Assembly: GCF_000021645.1 (NCBI RefSeq)
Contig: NC_011661.1
Span: 723 to 32,722 of the forward strand
Length of the DNA stretch: 32,000 bases
DNA from: Dictyoglomus turgidum DSM 6724
Lineage (GTDB): Bacteria; Dictyoglomota; Dictyoglomia; Dictyoglomales; Dictyoglomaceae
Direction: 5' to 3'
Below are positions 9,848 to 18,485 of this stretch, piece after piece. Under the pieces are notes generated by a model that had not been told where the DNA came from, did no database searches, and saw nothing but the letters and a program-made list of their open reading frames with translations. The position numbers were made by a program, and so were the translations under genes. Position 1 is the stretch's first letter. Each line of letters opens with the position of its first letter.

Positions 9848-10863
9848 TCCAAGAAGGGGAAGAAGGACATCAAAAGGGATCCAGAAAAGATCCCTTTTGA
9901 TGTCCTTCTTCCTACAATCTTTATAAAAGCCTCCTCTAAGGATGGTTCTTTCCTCCTCAAAAATAGAATTTTTTCTCCTTTTTCATTAATATAAGAAAGA
10001 ACATTGCTTATTAAATTTTCCTCCCTCAAAGAAAACTTTATATAAATTTTTCCATCGAGAAATCTTTTCTCAATAAGTCTAACTCCTCTTATCTCATTAA
10101 GATCTAAATCACCGCTATATGAGACTTCAATCTCATAAACTATATCCTCTTGTACCATAGCCTTTAATCCCATGGGCGTATCTAAGGCAAGGATTTTACC
10201 CTTATCAATAATAGCTATGTATTTACAAAGCTCTTCTACTTCTGAAAGGTAATGGGTCGTAAGAATTACTGTCCTATTCCCTTCTTTCACCCATTCTTTC
10301 ACGTAGTTTCTTATAAATCTTGCGGATTCCACATCAAGCCCTACTGTAGGTTCATCAAGGAAAAGTACCTCAGGATCATTTATTAATCCTCTCATAAGTT
10401 GCAATCTCTGTTTCTCGCCTGTAGAAAGAGTATTAAGAAGGCTCTCTGCTCTTTCTTTAAGTCCAAATTCCTTTATATAAAAATCAATTTTTCTTTTTGC
10501 TTCCCTTAGATTAAGCCCATAAAGTTGAGAAAAGAAAAAAAGATTCTCTCTTACGGTGAGTATTCCATACCCTGGATTTTCGCCTCCTGAGACGAGATTT
10601 ATCTTAGACCTTATCTTATTAAATTCCTTTTCTACATCAAAACCAAGAACAAAAGCCTTTCCACTTGTAGGAAGTAAAAGAGTAGTAAGAATCCTTATCA
10701 AAGTGGTTTTTCCTGCACCATTCCTACCTAAAATGCCCAATATTTGTCCCTTTGTTATCTGTAAGTTTACATCCTTTAAAGCTTCTATTATCTTTTTCTC
10801 TCTCTTATTAAAAAAGCTTCTTGAAAGATCAATAGTTTGTGATATATTATTAAAAGTTGTAAT
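9844..10863 (-). CDS. ABC transporter ATP-binding protein (ABC-2/DrrA-like with a C-terminal extension); 5' end requires a non-canonical start
   Basis: Motifs present: Walker A GRNGAGKTT, signature LSTGEKQR, Walker B VLFLDEPTVGLD and H-loop TTHYL. The track ORF starts at a TTG only 4 residues before Walker A. The frame is open upstream (ITTFNNISQTIDLSRSFFNKREKKIIEALKDVNLQITKGQI) to a stop at 10864..10866. The only initiator candidates there are ATT or ATA. Confidence 0.8.
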   Translation of the reverse strand: MTTFNNISQTIDLSRSFFNKREKKIIEALKDVNLQITKGQILGILGRNGAGKTTLIRILTTLLLPTSGKAFVLGFDVEKEFNKIRSKINLVSGGENPGYGILTVRENLFFFSQLYGLNLREAKRKIDFYIKEFGLKERAESLLNTLSTGEKQRLQLMRGLINDPEVLFLDEPTVGLDVESARFIRNYVKEWVKEGNRTVILTTHYLSEVEELCKYIAIIDKGKILALDTPMGLKAMVQEDIVYEIEVSYSGDLDLNEIRGVRLIEKRFLDGKIYIKFSLREENLISNVLSYINEKGEKILFLRRKEPSLEEAFIKIVGRRTSKGIFSGSLLMSFFPFLE

Positions 10864-10887
10864 TTATCCTTAGGGAGGTGAAATAAA

Positions 10888-11304
10888 ATGGCTTCTAAAG
10901 AACTCTTAGATCTTTTAAATGATGCCATTGCAAGAGAGCTTCAAGTTTCCATTCAATACATGTGGCAACATGTTCAATGGAAAGGGGCTGAACATTTCGC
11001 AGTAAAAGATGAGCTTAAAAAAATTGCTATTCAAGAAATGAAACATGCAGAAAGTATTGCTGAAAGATTATTTTACCTCGGTGGTATACCTACTACAAAA
11101 CCCTCTCCTATATTTATAGGAGAAACCTTAAAAGAAATGTTAGAACAAGATGTAAAGGATGAGCAAAATGCTATTGAGCTTTATAAGAAGATTATTCAAA
11201 AGGCAAGAGAAGAAGGAGATATTACTACAGCAAAGCTCTTTGAAGATATATTAAAGGACGAAGAGGAGCATCACGACACCTTTACAAGCCTTCTTGAAAA
11301 GTAG
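10888..11304 (+). CDS. Bacterioferritin-like / ferritin-like di-iron protein
   Basis: 138 aa four-helix ferritin-like pattern with ExxH motifs (QEMKHAE, EEEHHD) and an RELQVSIQY lead helix. A Shine-Dalgarno GGGAGGTGA lies 6 nt upstream. Confidence 0.8.
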   Translation: MASKELLDLLNDAIARELQVSIQYMWQHVQWKGAEHFAVKDELKKIAIQEMKHAESIAERLFYLGGIPTTKPSPIFIGETLKEMLEQDVKDEQNAIELYKKIIQKAREEGDITTAKLFEDILKDEEEHHDTFTSLLEK

Positions 11305-11311
11305 TCCCTAA

Positions 11312-12067
11312 TTAGAGGGAAAGCCTAAAATAAAGCTTTCCCTCTCTTAAAATTTTTTTCTTTACCCTTTCATGAGCAAGCATTTCTTCACAATCGTTTA
11401 ATTCAGGTAAATTAATCTCTTTTTTATATTTTCTTTCAAGGGCTTTTTTAATGATATAATCCGCAAGGTGAGGATTTTTTGAAAGAATGGGACCATGTAG
11501 ATAAGTTCCAATAAGGTTTTTATAAACTAATCCCTCTTTTTCATCTTTTCCATTATTTCCAAATCCTTTCATAACCCTTCCTAAGGGCTCATAATCATGA
11601 TAAGTTCTTCCCCCATGATTTTCAAAACCCACAATAGTCTTTGTTTTCAAAGGCAAATTGCTCTCTATTAAAATATTGCCTATTAATCTTCCTTTTTCTG
11701 CCCTCGTATAAAAATCTAATATGGAAAGCCCCTCAATCTTATTTCCATAGGCATCAAGATAATATCTACCCAAAAGCTGATATCCTCCGCATACTGCAAG
11801 GATACAAGCTCCATCTTCAACCATATCTTTTAAAAGACTTCTAAATTTAAAAAGATGAGAATAAAGTATTTCTTGCTCCCTATCGGATCCTCCTCCAAGA
11901 AAAATTATATCTGCATCCTCTAAATCTTTCTCATCATCCCTAGTAAAATTTACAATATCTGCTTTTATACCTCTCCACTTTAATCTCCTTTCAAAAACAA
12001 TAATATTCCCCCTATCCCCATATAAATTCAAAAGATCAGGATACATATGGTATATTTTAAGCTCCAT
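11312..12067 (-). CDS. gatD: Lipid II isoglutaminyl synthase, glutaminase subunit GatD (CobB/CobQ-like GATase)
   Basis: 251 aa with the nucleophile motif AVCGGYQLLG and the His region GTYLHGP. It overlaps murT by 11 nt, the canonical murT-gatD pairing. Confidence 0.8.
   Translation of the reverse strand: MELKIYHMYPDLLNLYGDRGNIIVFERRLKWRGIKADIVNFTRDDEKDLEDADIIFLGGGSDREQEILYSHLFKFRSLLKDMVEDGACILAVCGGYQLLGRYYLDAYGNKIEGLSILDFYTRAEKGRLIGNILIESNLPLKTKTIVGFENHGGRTYHDYEPLGRVMKGFGNNGKDEKEGLVYKNLIGTYLHGPILSKNPHLADYIIKKALERKYKKEINLPELNDCEEMLAHERVKKKILREGKLYFRLSL
11314..11359 (+). terminator. Terminator of the bacterioferritin-like gene, embedded in the 3' end of the convergent gatD CDS
   Basis: A perfect 11-bp stem AGAGGGAAAGC / GCTTTCCCTCT (11314..11324 and 11335..11345) has a 10-nt loop and a T7 run at 11353..11359. 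Confidence 0.65.
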
Positions 12068-13391
12068 CTTTAACCTTTCCTATTAGAATTTTTCTACTTT
12101 TAAAAAGAGCAGTATAAGTAGGAAGTATATAAGTTTTACAAGGAAAAGAGATAGAATAATCTATAGCCTTTTTCAAATTTTCTTCAAGTTGAAGTTTCTC
12201 ACGAGGAATCTCCGCATACTTTAATCTCACCAGAAGATCCTCTCCTCTAGTACCCGAAACAATAATCTTTTGTATTCCCTTTAGATCATTTATCTTCTCA
12301 AAATCCACATCCCATATCCAAGAAACATCTCTTCCATCGGCAATATTATCATTCAGAATAAGAAGAAGAACTTTTTCCTCTTTATCGTCCTTAATAGTAT
12401 CTAAAACCTGATTATATCCAGCAGGATTTTTAACAAGAACTATTATTCTATCAAATCCCCTATAAATAAATCTTTCAAGCCTTCCCAATTTAAATTCGAA
12501 TTTAGAAATTATATTAGAAGTCTCTAAAGGATCAAAATTAAGAAATCTCAAGATAGAATAAGCAGACAAGACATTATAAAGGTTATATACTCCGGGATAC
12601 TTAAAGGTAAGATCATATTTTTTACTTTTTTCCGATATCTCTATAGTCCATATTCCATTTAAATGGGCAGAAGAGATATAAAAATCATATTCAGGATTTT
12701 TAAAACCACACTCGCAACTATACTTTCCCAATTGAGAATAGTTAAAAAACTCATAATTTAACTTCCTACCACAAAAGGGACAATATATACTCTCCTTTAT
12801 TCCTTCTACCCCTTCCCTTATCTTTACTCCAATCCCATAAAAAATCTTTCTATTAGAAAGCCTTGAAAACCTTGCTACAAAAGGATCATCCGCATTTAGA
12901 ATAAGGGTGGTATTTTCTTTTATGGAATTTAATATTTTATTTACTGTAATATCAATCTCTCCATAACGATCGAGTTGATCTCTGAAAAAATTAGTTATTA
13001 CCACATATTGGGGCAACAAATCCTTATATACATAAGGGAAAACACCTTCGTCTACTTCAAAGGTTCCAAAATCAAAAACCCCTGAATTCTTAATATAGGA
13101 TGTAGCAATACCACTTTTTAAATTTGCTCCTTCCAAATTCCCTATTACTTTGTATCCTTTGCTTCTTATCACATAATTTAAAAGATTATTCGTAGTAGTC
13201 TTCCCATTGGTCCCAGTGATTAGAATTCTTATTCCTATTCTTTTTGAAATTTCTTTTAAAAAATCAGGATATATCTTTAAGGCAACCTTTCCAGGAAAGG
13301 TAGTAGCATCCAGGTTAAGAATTTTCATAGAATAGTATATTAACTTACCTACAAATAAAGCAAAATAAAATCTAAACTTTTTCAAGCTCAT
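12057..13391 (-). CDS. murT: Lipid II isoglutaminyl synthase, Mur-ligase-like subunit MurT
   Basis: 444 aa with the Mur ligase P-loop GTNGKTTT, an internal Cys4 ribbon (CPFCGRKL...CECGF) and a C-terminal DUF1727-like region. It is followed by gatD. Confidence 0.8.
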   Translation of the reverse strand: MSLKKFRFYFALFVGKLIYYSMKILNLDATTFPGKVALKIYPDFLKEISKRIGIRILITGTNGKTTTNNLLNYVIRSKGYKVIGNLEGANLKSGIATSYIKNSGVFDFGTFEVDEGVFPYVYKDLLPQYVVITNFFRDQLDRYGEIDITVNKILNSIKENTTLILNADDPFVARFSRLSNRKIFYGIGVKIREGVEGIKESIYCPFCGRKLNYEFFNYSQLGKYSCECGFKNPEYDFYISSAHLNGIWTIEISEKSKKYDLTFKYPGVYNLYNVLSAYSILRFLNFDPLETSNIISKFEFKLGRLERFIYRGFDRIIVLVKNPAGYNQVLDTIKDDKEEKVLLLILNDNIADGRDVSWIWDVDFEKINDLKGIQKIIVSGTRGEDLLVRLKYAEIPREKLQLEENLKKAIDYSISFPCKTYILPTYTALFKSRKILIGKVKDGA

Positions 13392-16300
13392 TTCTTAAAC
13401 TTTTAAGAATTTCTTGATAATCCCTCTCTCCATTTTCAACCTTATCCATCAGCTCTTCTAATTCTCGAGTAAAATCCTCCCTCACAAAACGAAACTTCTC
13501 TTGGTCCGAATTAAGATATTGATAGACCTTCTCCCCTAAGGGTGTAGGTATGAGATATCCATTTTTCTCTATTACATATCCTCTCTCAAGGAGCCTACTT
13601 ACAATAGTAGCATAAGTAGACGGTCTTCCAAGACCACGCTTTTTCATCTCTTCTACAAGAGAGCCTTGGGTAAACAATGGCACCTTAGGAATACTATAGA
13701 AGAACTTGTTATTAACTACATCTATCTCTCCCTCAGGTATTTTAGCAAGTTTAATAGGGAAGATTTTATCAAAACCATTTTGAACAACTTCTTCATAAAC
13801 ATCCAACTTTTGCTCTTTATCAATGGCTTTCACTAAAACCTCATATCCCCTTAATATCACATTTCTCATCTGAGAGGCAATAAACCGCTTAAAGACAAGA
13901 TCATAAATCTTTAAGTGATCAGGAGTAAATCCTTCAAGCTCTCCCGAATATATCATGGCTTTAATATCTTCCACATCAAGAACCCTGGTAGGTCTAATAC
14001 ACTCATGGGCTCCACCTTCTCCCCAAGTTCTTCCCCTAAAATATTCCTCTCCAAATTGCTCATTTATATATTCTCTTGCCACATTTATTCCTGTATCCGA
14101 TACCCTTGTAGAATCAGTACGATGATAAGTAATAAACCCTCTTTCAAAAAGTTCTTGAAGCACCTCCATAGTTCTTGAGACCGAAAGCTTAAACCTATCA
14201 GAAGCATCTTTTAATACGGCATCAGTAGTGTAGGGGGGAAGAGGACTCTTTTCTTCAACTTTCTCAGTCTCTTTTGTCACCTCTATATACTTAAGCTCAT
14301 TGTAAAATTTTTGAGCTTCATCCTTATTTTCAAATTCAAATCTCAAATCAAGTCCATCTTTCTTTATTAATACTAAATATACTCTCTTCTTATTTTCCTT
14401 TGCCCTCTCAATTACCCATCCTAAAACAGGAGTTTGCACCCTTCCAGCAGAAAGATAGTTTTTGTAGAATATCCTCTGAATAAGTTGAGATAATTCAAAA
14501 CCCACCCATCTATCAGATATCCTTCTTACCACTTGTGCCTTAACAAGATTTTCATCCACATCTCTATATTCTTTTAAAGAGTTAAGTATTGCCTTCTTAG
14601 TTACCTCATGAAATTCCATTCTTCTTATCTCTTTTGTAAAGGGAGAACATAAATTTTTAAGATCCCATGAGATCTTTTCTCCCTCTGTATCGGGATCAGT
14701 TGCCACAAGAATCATTTCAAATTCCTTGCTGGCATCCCTAATGCCAGAGATAATTTTTTCTTTTCCCTCTATAGGTTCGTAAACAGGTATAAATTTACCA
14801 TTTTCAATAACCCCATAATAACCAATTTCTTTATTTAAATCCAAAATATGCCCAAAAGAAGCAGTAATAACTAAATATTTATCCTCAGTGATTACCTCAA
14901 AGAGTTCTTGTCCATTTACATTTCTTGAAATGGGTCTTCCAAAGAAATTTGCAATAGTCCATGCTTTATGAGGAGACTCCACAATAACCAATACAGGCTT
15001 CAGAAAGTCATCTCTTCTTCCTTCTTTTTTTCTAATTTTTTCTCTGTCTTCATCAATCTGTTTTAAAATTTCGTCAAGATTAACAGTATTTGACTCTTTA
15101 AAAATAATATCTGTGCTAAACCACCATCTACTCTTTCTTACTAAGTTATTAAAGACCTTTTTATCCTCTACAAGAATATAACTTAAACCCTTAGATATTC
15201 CTCCCACGTAGAGCCTTGAGGTCCTACCCGACGCCTGAAGATATCCAGTAATATCAGAAACCACAAGGACCCACTTCCCATTTTCCTCTCTTATGGCAAT
15301 ATCATCGGCACTTTTTATCTTTTCATAAACCTCAGGAGAAAGGATAAAAGCTTTTATAATATTTCTTAATTCCTCAACTTTATCCCTCGGAGGATTTAGC
15401 ATAGATGAATATCTTTTTAAAGTCTTCATCCATCGGTCCAAATTAGCTACATGTTTTTCTAAATTCTTATCCCTAGCAACCAGAGGTCTTATAGAGGCAA
15501 GGGCTATAAGTAGATGCCTTACATTTCCTTCAAGATCAAGATTTACTACAATTTTGGGAACTCCATAAAAAATAGCATATCTTATAACCTCTGGAAGATC
15601 TAAGCCCCTAGCAAGAGGATTTCTATAAGAGGATATACCTATGAGAACAAAAATCTCACCTTTTTGATATTTTTCAAGAACCTCAGGAGTTAAATTGTCA
15701 TAACTTTCTGCACTTATTCCTTCATTTATTAGTAAATTTTTAACTTCGTCTACATATTCCTTTCCGAAATCTGAAGAAAGGAACACAAGTCCACCTTTTC
15801 CTAATCTTTTTACCCTTTCCACAAGGGTTTTATTAAGATCTTCTACTTCCTCATATATATCTTCCACATTTCTTAAATAAAATACTGGCCTTCCCACATC
15901 AAAGGCAAGAAGTTCTTTAAATAACCTTATCCTCTCCGATTTTGGATTACTAGTGGCGGAGGAAACCACCATAACTCCTTTTGCCTTCTTAGCTATTTTT
16001 CTTACCTCTTCTTGCATTCTTTTAACTTCTTCTTCTCCATTTTTCCTCATACGTATATAACTCATGGTAAGGTTTATATCTTCTTCGCTAAAGCCAAGAA
16101 GATATAAAGCTTTATCAATATTCTTTGCAGTTTTTAAGAAAGAGTCCACATCATCCACAAATACAAAGCCAAAATCTTTAGGAATAATATCCACGTTTTT
16201 ATAGAGAAACATAGAGGAGGTAATTAAAACTTTAAAATCACCCTTTTCTAATCTTTCTCTTTTTTCTTCCTTTTCTTTTTTAGTATCATCAAGACCAAAT

Positions 16301-16740
16301 ACAAGAAGATCTTCTTCCCTTATTTTGTCTTTTAACTTTTCATAGCTTTGAAGGATAAGAAGTTTTGTGGGAAGTATTATGTAAGATTTTTTATTTTTCT
16401 TAGCAAAATATAATGAAGTAGCAAGACCCCATGAAGTTTTACCTATTCCTGTAGGAGCAAGGAGAGCAAAAGATCTTCCAAGAAGAAGTTTTTTAGCCCA
16501 AAATTTTTGAAGTTCCCAAGGTTCAAAACCAACAAAGCTCTTAAATACTCTTTCCCATTCACCATATTTTTTCTTTAAAGAGCAAAGATCATAATCCTCT
16601 TCTTTAATATGATTACATAAGACTTCTTGCGGAACTTCTTTAGGAAGACATTTTTCACAGAGAAGCCCCGCAAGAAGTCTCTCTGAAGCTATATCTCCAC
16701 CACAGTTAGGACAAAGATTCTTAAAAATCGCTTCTATCAA
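13372..16740 (-). CDS. rgy: Reverse gyrase
   Basis: 1122 aa. It has an N-terminal zinc finger (CPNCGG...CEKC), helicase motif I APTGIGKTS and motif II VFVDDVDS. These are followed by a type IA topoisomerase module with TOPRIM (VIVESPHKA, DPDTEGE) and the catalytic Tyr region GFITYHRTDS. The TTG start at 16740 is 1 nt after the recF stop. Confidence 0.95.
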   Translation of the reverse strand: MIEAIFKNLCPNCGGDIASERLLAGLLCEKCLPKEVPQEVLCNHIKEEDYDLCSLKKKYGEWERVFKSFVGFEPWELQKFWAKKLLLGRSFALLAPTGIGKTSWGLATSLYFAKKNKKSYIILPTKLLILQSYEKLKDKIREEDLLVFGLDDTKKEKEEKRERLEKGDFKVLITSSMFLYKNVDIIPKDFGFVFVDDVDSFLKTAKNIDKALYLLGFSEEDINLTMSYIRMRKNGEEEVKRMQEEVRKIAKKAKGVMVVSSATSNPKSERIRLFKELLAFDVGRPVFYLRNVEDIYEEVEDLNKTLVERVKRLGKGGLVFLSSDFGKEYVDEVKNLLINEGISAESYDNLTPEVLEKYQKGEIFVLIGISSYRNPLARGLDLPEVIRYAIFYGVPKIVVNLDLEGNVRHLLIALASIRPLVARDKNLEKHVANLDRWMKTLKRYSSMLNPPRDKVEELRNIIKAFILSPEVYEKIKSADDIAIREENGKWVLVVSDITGYLQASGRTSRLYVGGISKGLSYILVEDKKVFNNLVRKSRWWFSTDIIFKESNTVNLDEILKQIDEDREKIRKKEGRRDDFLKPVLVIVESPHKAWTIANFFGRPISRNVNGQELFEVITEDKYLVITASFGHILDLNKEIGYYGVIENGKFIPVYEPIEGKEKIISGIRDASKEFEMILVATDPDTEGEKISWDLKNLCSPFTKEIRRMEFHEVTKKAILNSLKEYRDVDENLVKAQVVRRISDRWVGFELSQLIQRIFYKNYLSAGRVQTPVLGWVIERAKENKKRVYLVLIKKDGLDLRFEFENKDEAQKFYNELKYIEVTKETEKVEEKSPLPPYTTDAVLKDASDRFKLSVSRTMEVLQELFERGFITYHRTDSTRVSDTGINVAREYINEQFGEEYFRGRTWGEGGAHECIRPTRVLDVEDIKAMIYSGELEGFTPDHLKIYDLVFKRFIASQMRNVILRGYEVLVKAIDKEQKLDVYEEVVQNGFDKIFPIKLAKIPEGEIDVVNNKFFYSIPKVPLFTQGSLVEEMKKRGLGRPSTYATIVSRLLERGYVIEKNGYLIPTPLGEKVYQYLNSDQEKFRFVREDFTRELEELMDKVENGERDYQEILKSLRNELEKV

Positions 16741-16741
16741 G

Positions 16742-17764
16742 CTATCCCTCCAAAGTTAGACCTATATTATAGGCACCAAGAAGTGGAGATAAACTTGCAA
16801 TTATAACTTGCCCAGACAAATGGGATATAAATTTCTCAAGTAAGTGTGGATCTAACACATTAACGGGATCATCAAAGAGAAATACAGGCTCATATAATTT
16901 TGTTTCCTCTATAAGCTTCCTAAAGGCAAGGACCAAGGAGAGATAAAGTAATCTTTTTTGCCCTTCGGAGGCAAAGTACTTGGCAGGATTTCCTTTGTAA
17001 TAGAAGGTATAGTCATCGTGTACATGAGGACCTACTGTAGTTATACCTCTTGCTATATCCTCCTCAATATAATCCACTATATTTTTACCCTTGAATTCAG
17101 AGATATATTCCACTTTAAACATGGGATCAAGATATTTAGATAACTCTTTTATCATAGTCTCTCTTTTCTCAACTATTTTTTCAGCCAAGGGCTGCATCTC
17201 TTTTGCTAAGTATATCACATAATCTCTATCTATGTTCTCTTCTTTTAAAAGATCATTTCTCTCATCAAGAAGTTTCTCATAGTTTCTCAATATCTCATAA
17301 TACTCAAGATCTAAAAGGGAGAAAATATCATCAAAGAAGTCTCTTCTTTGAGTTGCATAGCCATCTATCATAGCATAATCTTTAAAACTAAAAGGAATAG
17401 CTATAAATATCTCTTGTATATCCCTAAATCTCTTTACTTTAAATCCATCAAGATATGCTATCTTTTCCTTTTTTATTTCATCATGATGATAGCTAATAGT
17501 AATCTCATGAGACTCATTTCCACTTAAAATTTTACCATTTATTTCAAAAAACTTTTCTCCAAGTTTTATAAGTTGATGATCTCTTGCCCCCCTAAAAGAT
17601 CTTGGATTAGATAAATAAGCAACTGCCTCAAGAATAGAAGTCTTTCCTGAACCATTAGGACCATATATTACATTAATTCCATCCTTAAAATTAGTTTTAA
17701 AATCGGAGAAATTTCTAAAATTCCTCAAATAGATACTCTCTATGACCATTCTCTTTTTCTCCAT
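16742..17764 (-). CDS. recF: DNA replication and repair protein RecF
   Basis: 340 aa with Walker A GPNGSGKTS, the SMC-type signature SEGQKR and Walker B FLFDDP. A Shine-Dalgarno GGGGGTGA lies 5 nt upstream of ATG 17764. Confidence 0.9.
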   Translation of the reverse strand: MEKKRMVIESIYLRNFRNFSDFKTNFKDGINVIYGPNGSGKTSILEAVAYLSNPRSFRGARDHQLIKLGEKFFEINGKILSGNESHEITISYHHDEIKKEKIAYLDGFKVKRFRDIQEIFIAIPFSFKDYAMIDGYATQRRDFFDDIFSLLDLEYYEILRNYEKLLDERNDLLKEENIDRDYVIYLAKEMQPLAEKIVEKRETMIKELSKYLDPMFKVEYISEFKGKNIVDYIEEDIARGITTVGPHVHDDYTFYYKGNPAKYFASEGQKRLLYLSLVLAFRKLIEETKLYEPVFLFDDPVNVLDPHLLEKFISHLSGQVIIASLSPLLGAYNIGLTLEG

Positions 17765-17815
17765 TTTTTCACCCCCTAATAGTAATTTTAAGATATATAT
17801 ATTTTGTCTATATAT

Positions 17816-17843
17816 ATTTTATAAAAATGAGTAAAAAAGTCAA
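17816..17843 (-). promoter_or_regulatory. Putative promoter of the recF-rgy-murT-gatD operon
   Basis: On the minus strand: TTGACT (17843..17838), a 16-nt spacer, then TAAAAT (17821..17816). It sits back to back with the grpE promoter. Confidence 0.5.
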
Positions 17844-17869
17844 TGAGAACTATTATAAAACAACTTAAC

Positions 17870-17897
17870 TTGACATTTTAAATATAAATTATAAACT
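17870..17897 (+). promoter_or_regulatory. Putative sigma-A promoter of grpE-dnaK-dnaJ
   Basis: TTGACA (17870..17875), a 16-nt spacer, then TAAACT (17892..17897). The CIRCE element lies immediately downstream. Confidence 0.55.
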
Positions 17898-17907
17898 TAT
17901 AAATGGT

Positions 17908-17934
17908 TTAGCACTCTTATTGTTAGACTGCTAA
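17908..17934 (+). promoter_or_regulatory. CIRCE heat-shock operator (HrcA binding site)
   Basis: TTAGCACTC-N9-GACTGCTAA compared with the consensus TTAGCACTC-N9-GAGTGCTAA gives one mismatch. It lies 11 nt downstream of the putative -10 and 26 nt upstream of the grpE ATG. Confidence 0.85.
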
Positions 17935-17960
17935 ATATAACTTGAAGAGGTGAAATAAAA

Positions 17961-18485
17961 ATGGAAGAAAAGGATCTAATAGAGAATGAAGAAAAGGAAA
18001 AAACCGAAGAATATGTCCCTAATGAATGGGAGATAAAGTATGTAAGGCTTCAAGCAGAATTTGAAAACTTTCGTCAAAGACTAAGAAGGGAAAAAGAAGA
18101 ATGGCAAGAAATTGCTAATGCAAGACTTTTGAAAGAGATTGTAGAAATAATGGACAACTTTCAACTTGCTTTAGAATCTATAAAGCATACAAGAAAGAAA
18201 GATGCCATAATAGAAGGTGTACAGATGATATATAAACAATTTGAGAATCTTCTGGAAAAAGAGGGTGTAGTAAAAATGGAAACAATAGGTAAAAATTTTG
18301 ATCCTAATTTGCATGAGGCAGTAGGAATAGAAGAAGTTTCTGATGGAGAGGACAATGTCATTTTAAAAGAAATCTCTCCTGGTTATTTATTCAAAAACAG
18401 ATTACTAAGACCTGCAAGGGTTATAGTCTCAAAAAAGATACAAAAAAAGGAGGTAGATGAACATGGCGAAGATAGTAGGAATTGA
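17961..18485 (+). CDS. grpE: Nucleotide exchange factor GrpE
   Basis: 174 aa with the motif [16 protein letters not shown] and a C-terminal GrpE beta domain (FDPNLHEAV...[14 protein letters not shown]). It is preceded by a CIRCE element and followed by dnaK. Confidence 0.92.
   Translation: MEEKDLIENEEKEKTEEYVPNEWEIKYVRLQAEFENFRQRLRREKEEWQEIANARLLKEIVEIMDNFQLALESIKHTRKKDAIIEGVQMIYKQFENLLEKEGVVKMETIGKNFDPNLHEAVGIEEVSDGEDNVILKEISPGYLFKNRLLRPARVIVSKKIQKKEVDEHGEDSRN

Noticed and set aside
10836-10866. AT-rich sequence (TTGTGATATATTATTAAAAGTTGTAAT) upstream of the bacterioferritin-like gene, considered as a possible Fur/PerR box.
   Set aside because: It matches the 7-1-7 Fur consensus (TGATAATnATTATCA) poorly at the key positions. 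In DNA this AT-rich such partial matches are expected by chance. It is more plausibly just -35/-10-like promoter sequence.
17790-17815. An (AT)n-rich quasi-palindromic tract (ATATATATATTTTGTCTATATATAT) in the recF leader, considered as a regulatory hairpin.
   Set aside because: It is pure A/T pairing of very low stability at thermophilic temperatures. It is most simply explained as AT-rich leader or promoter DNA.
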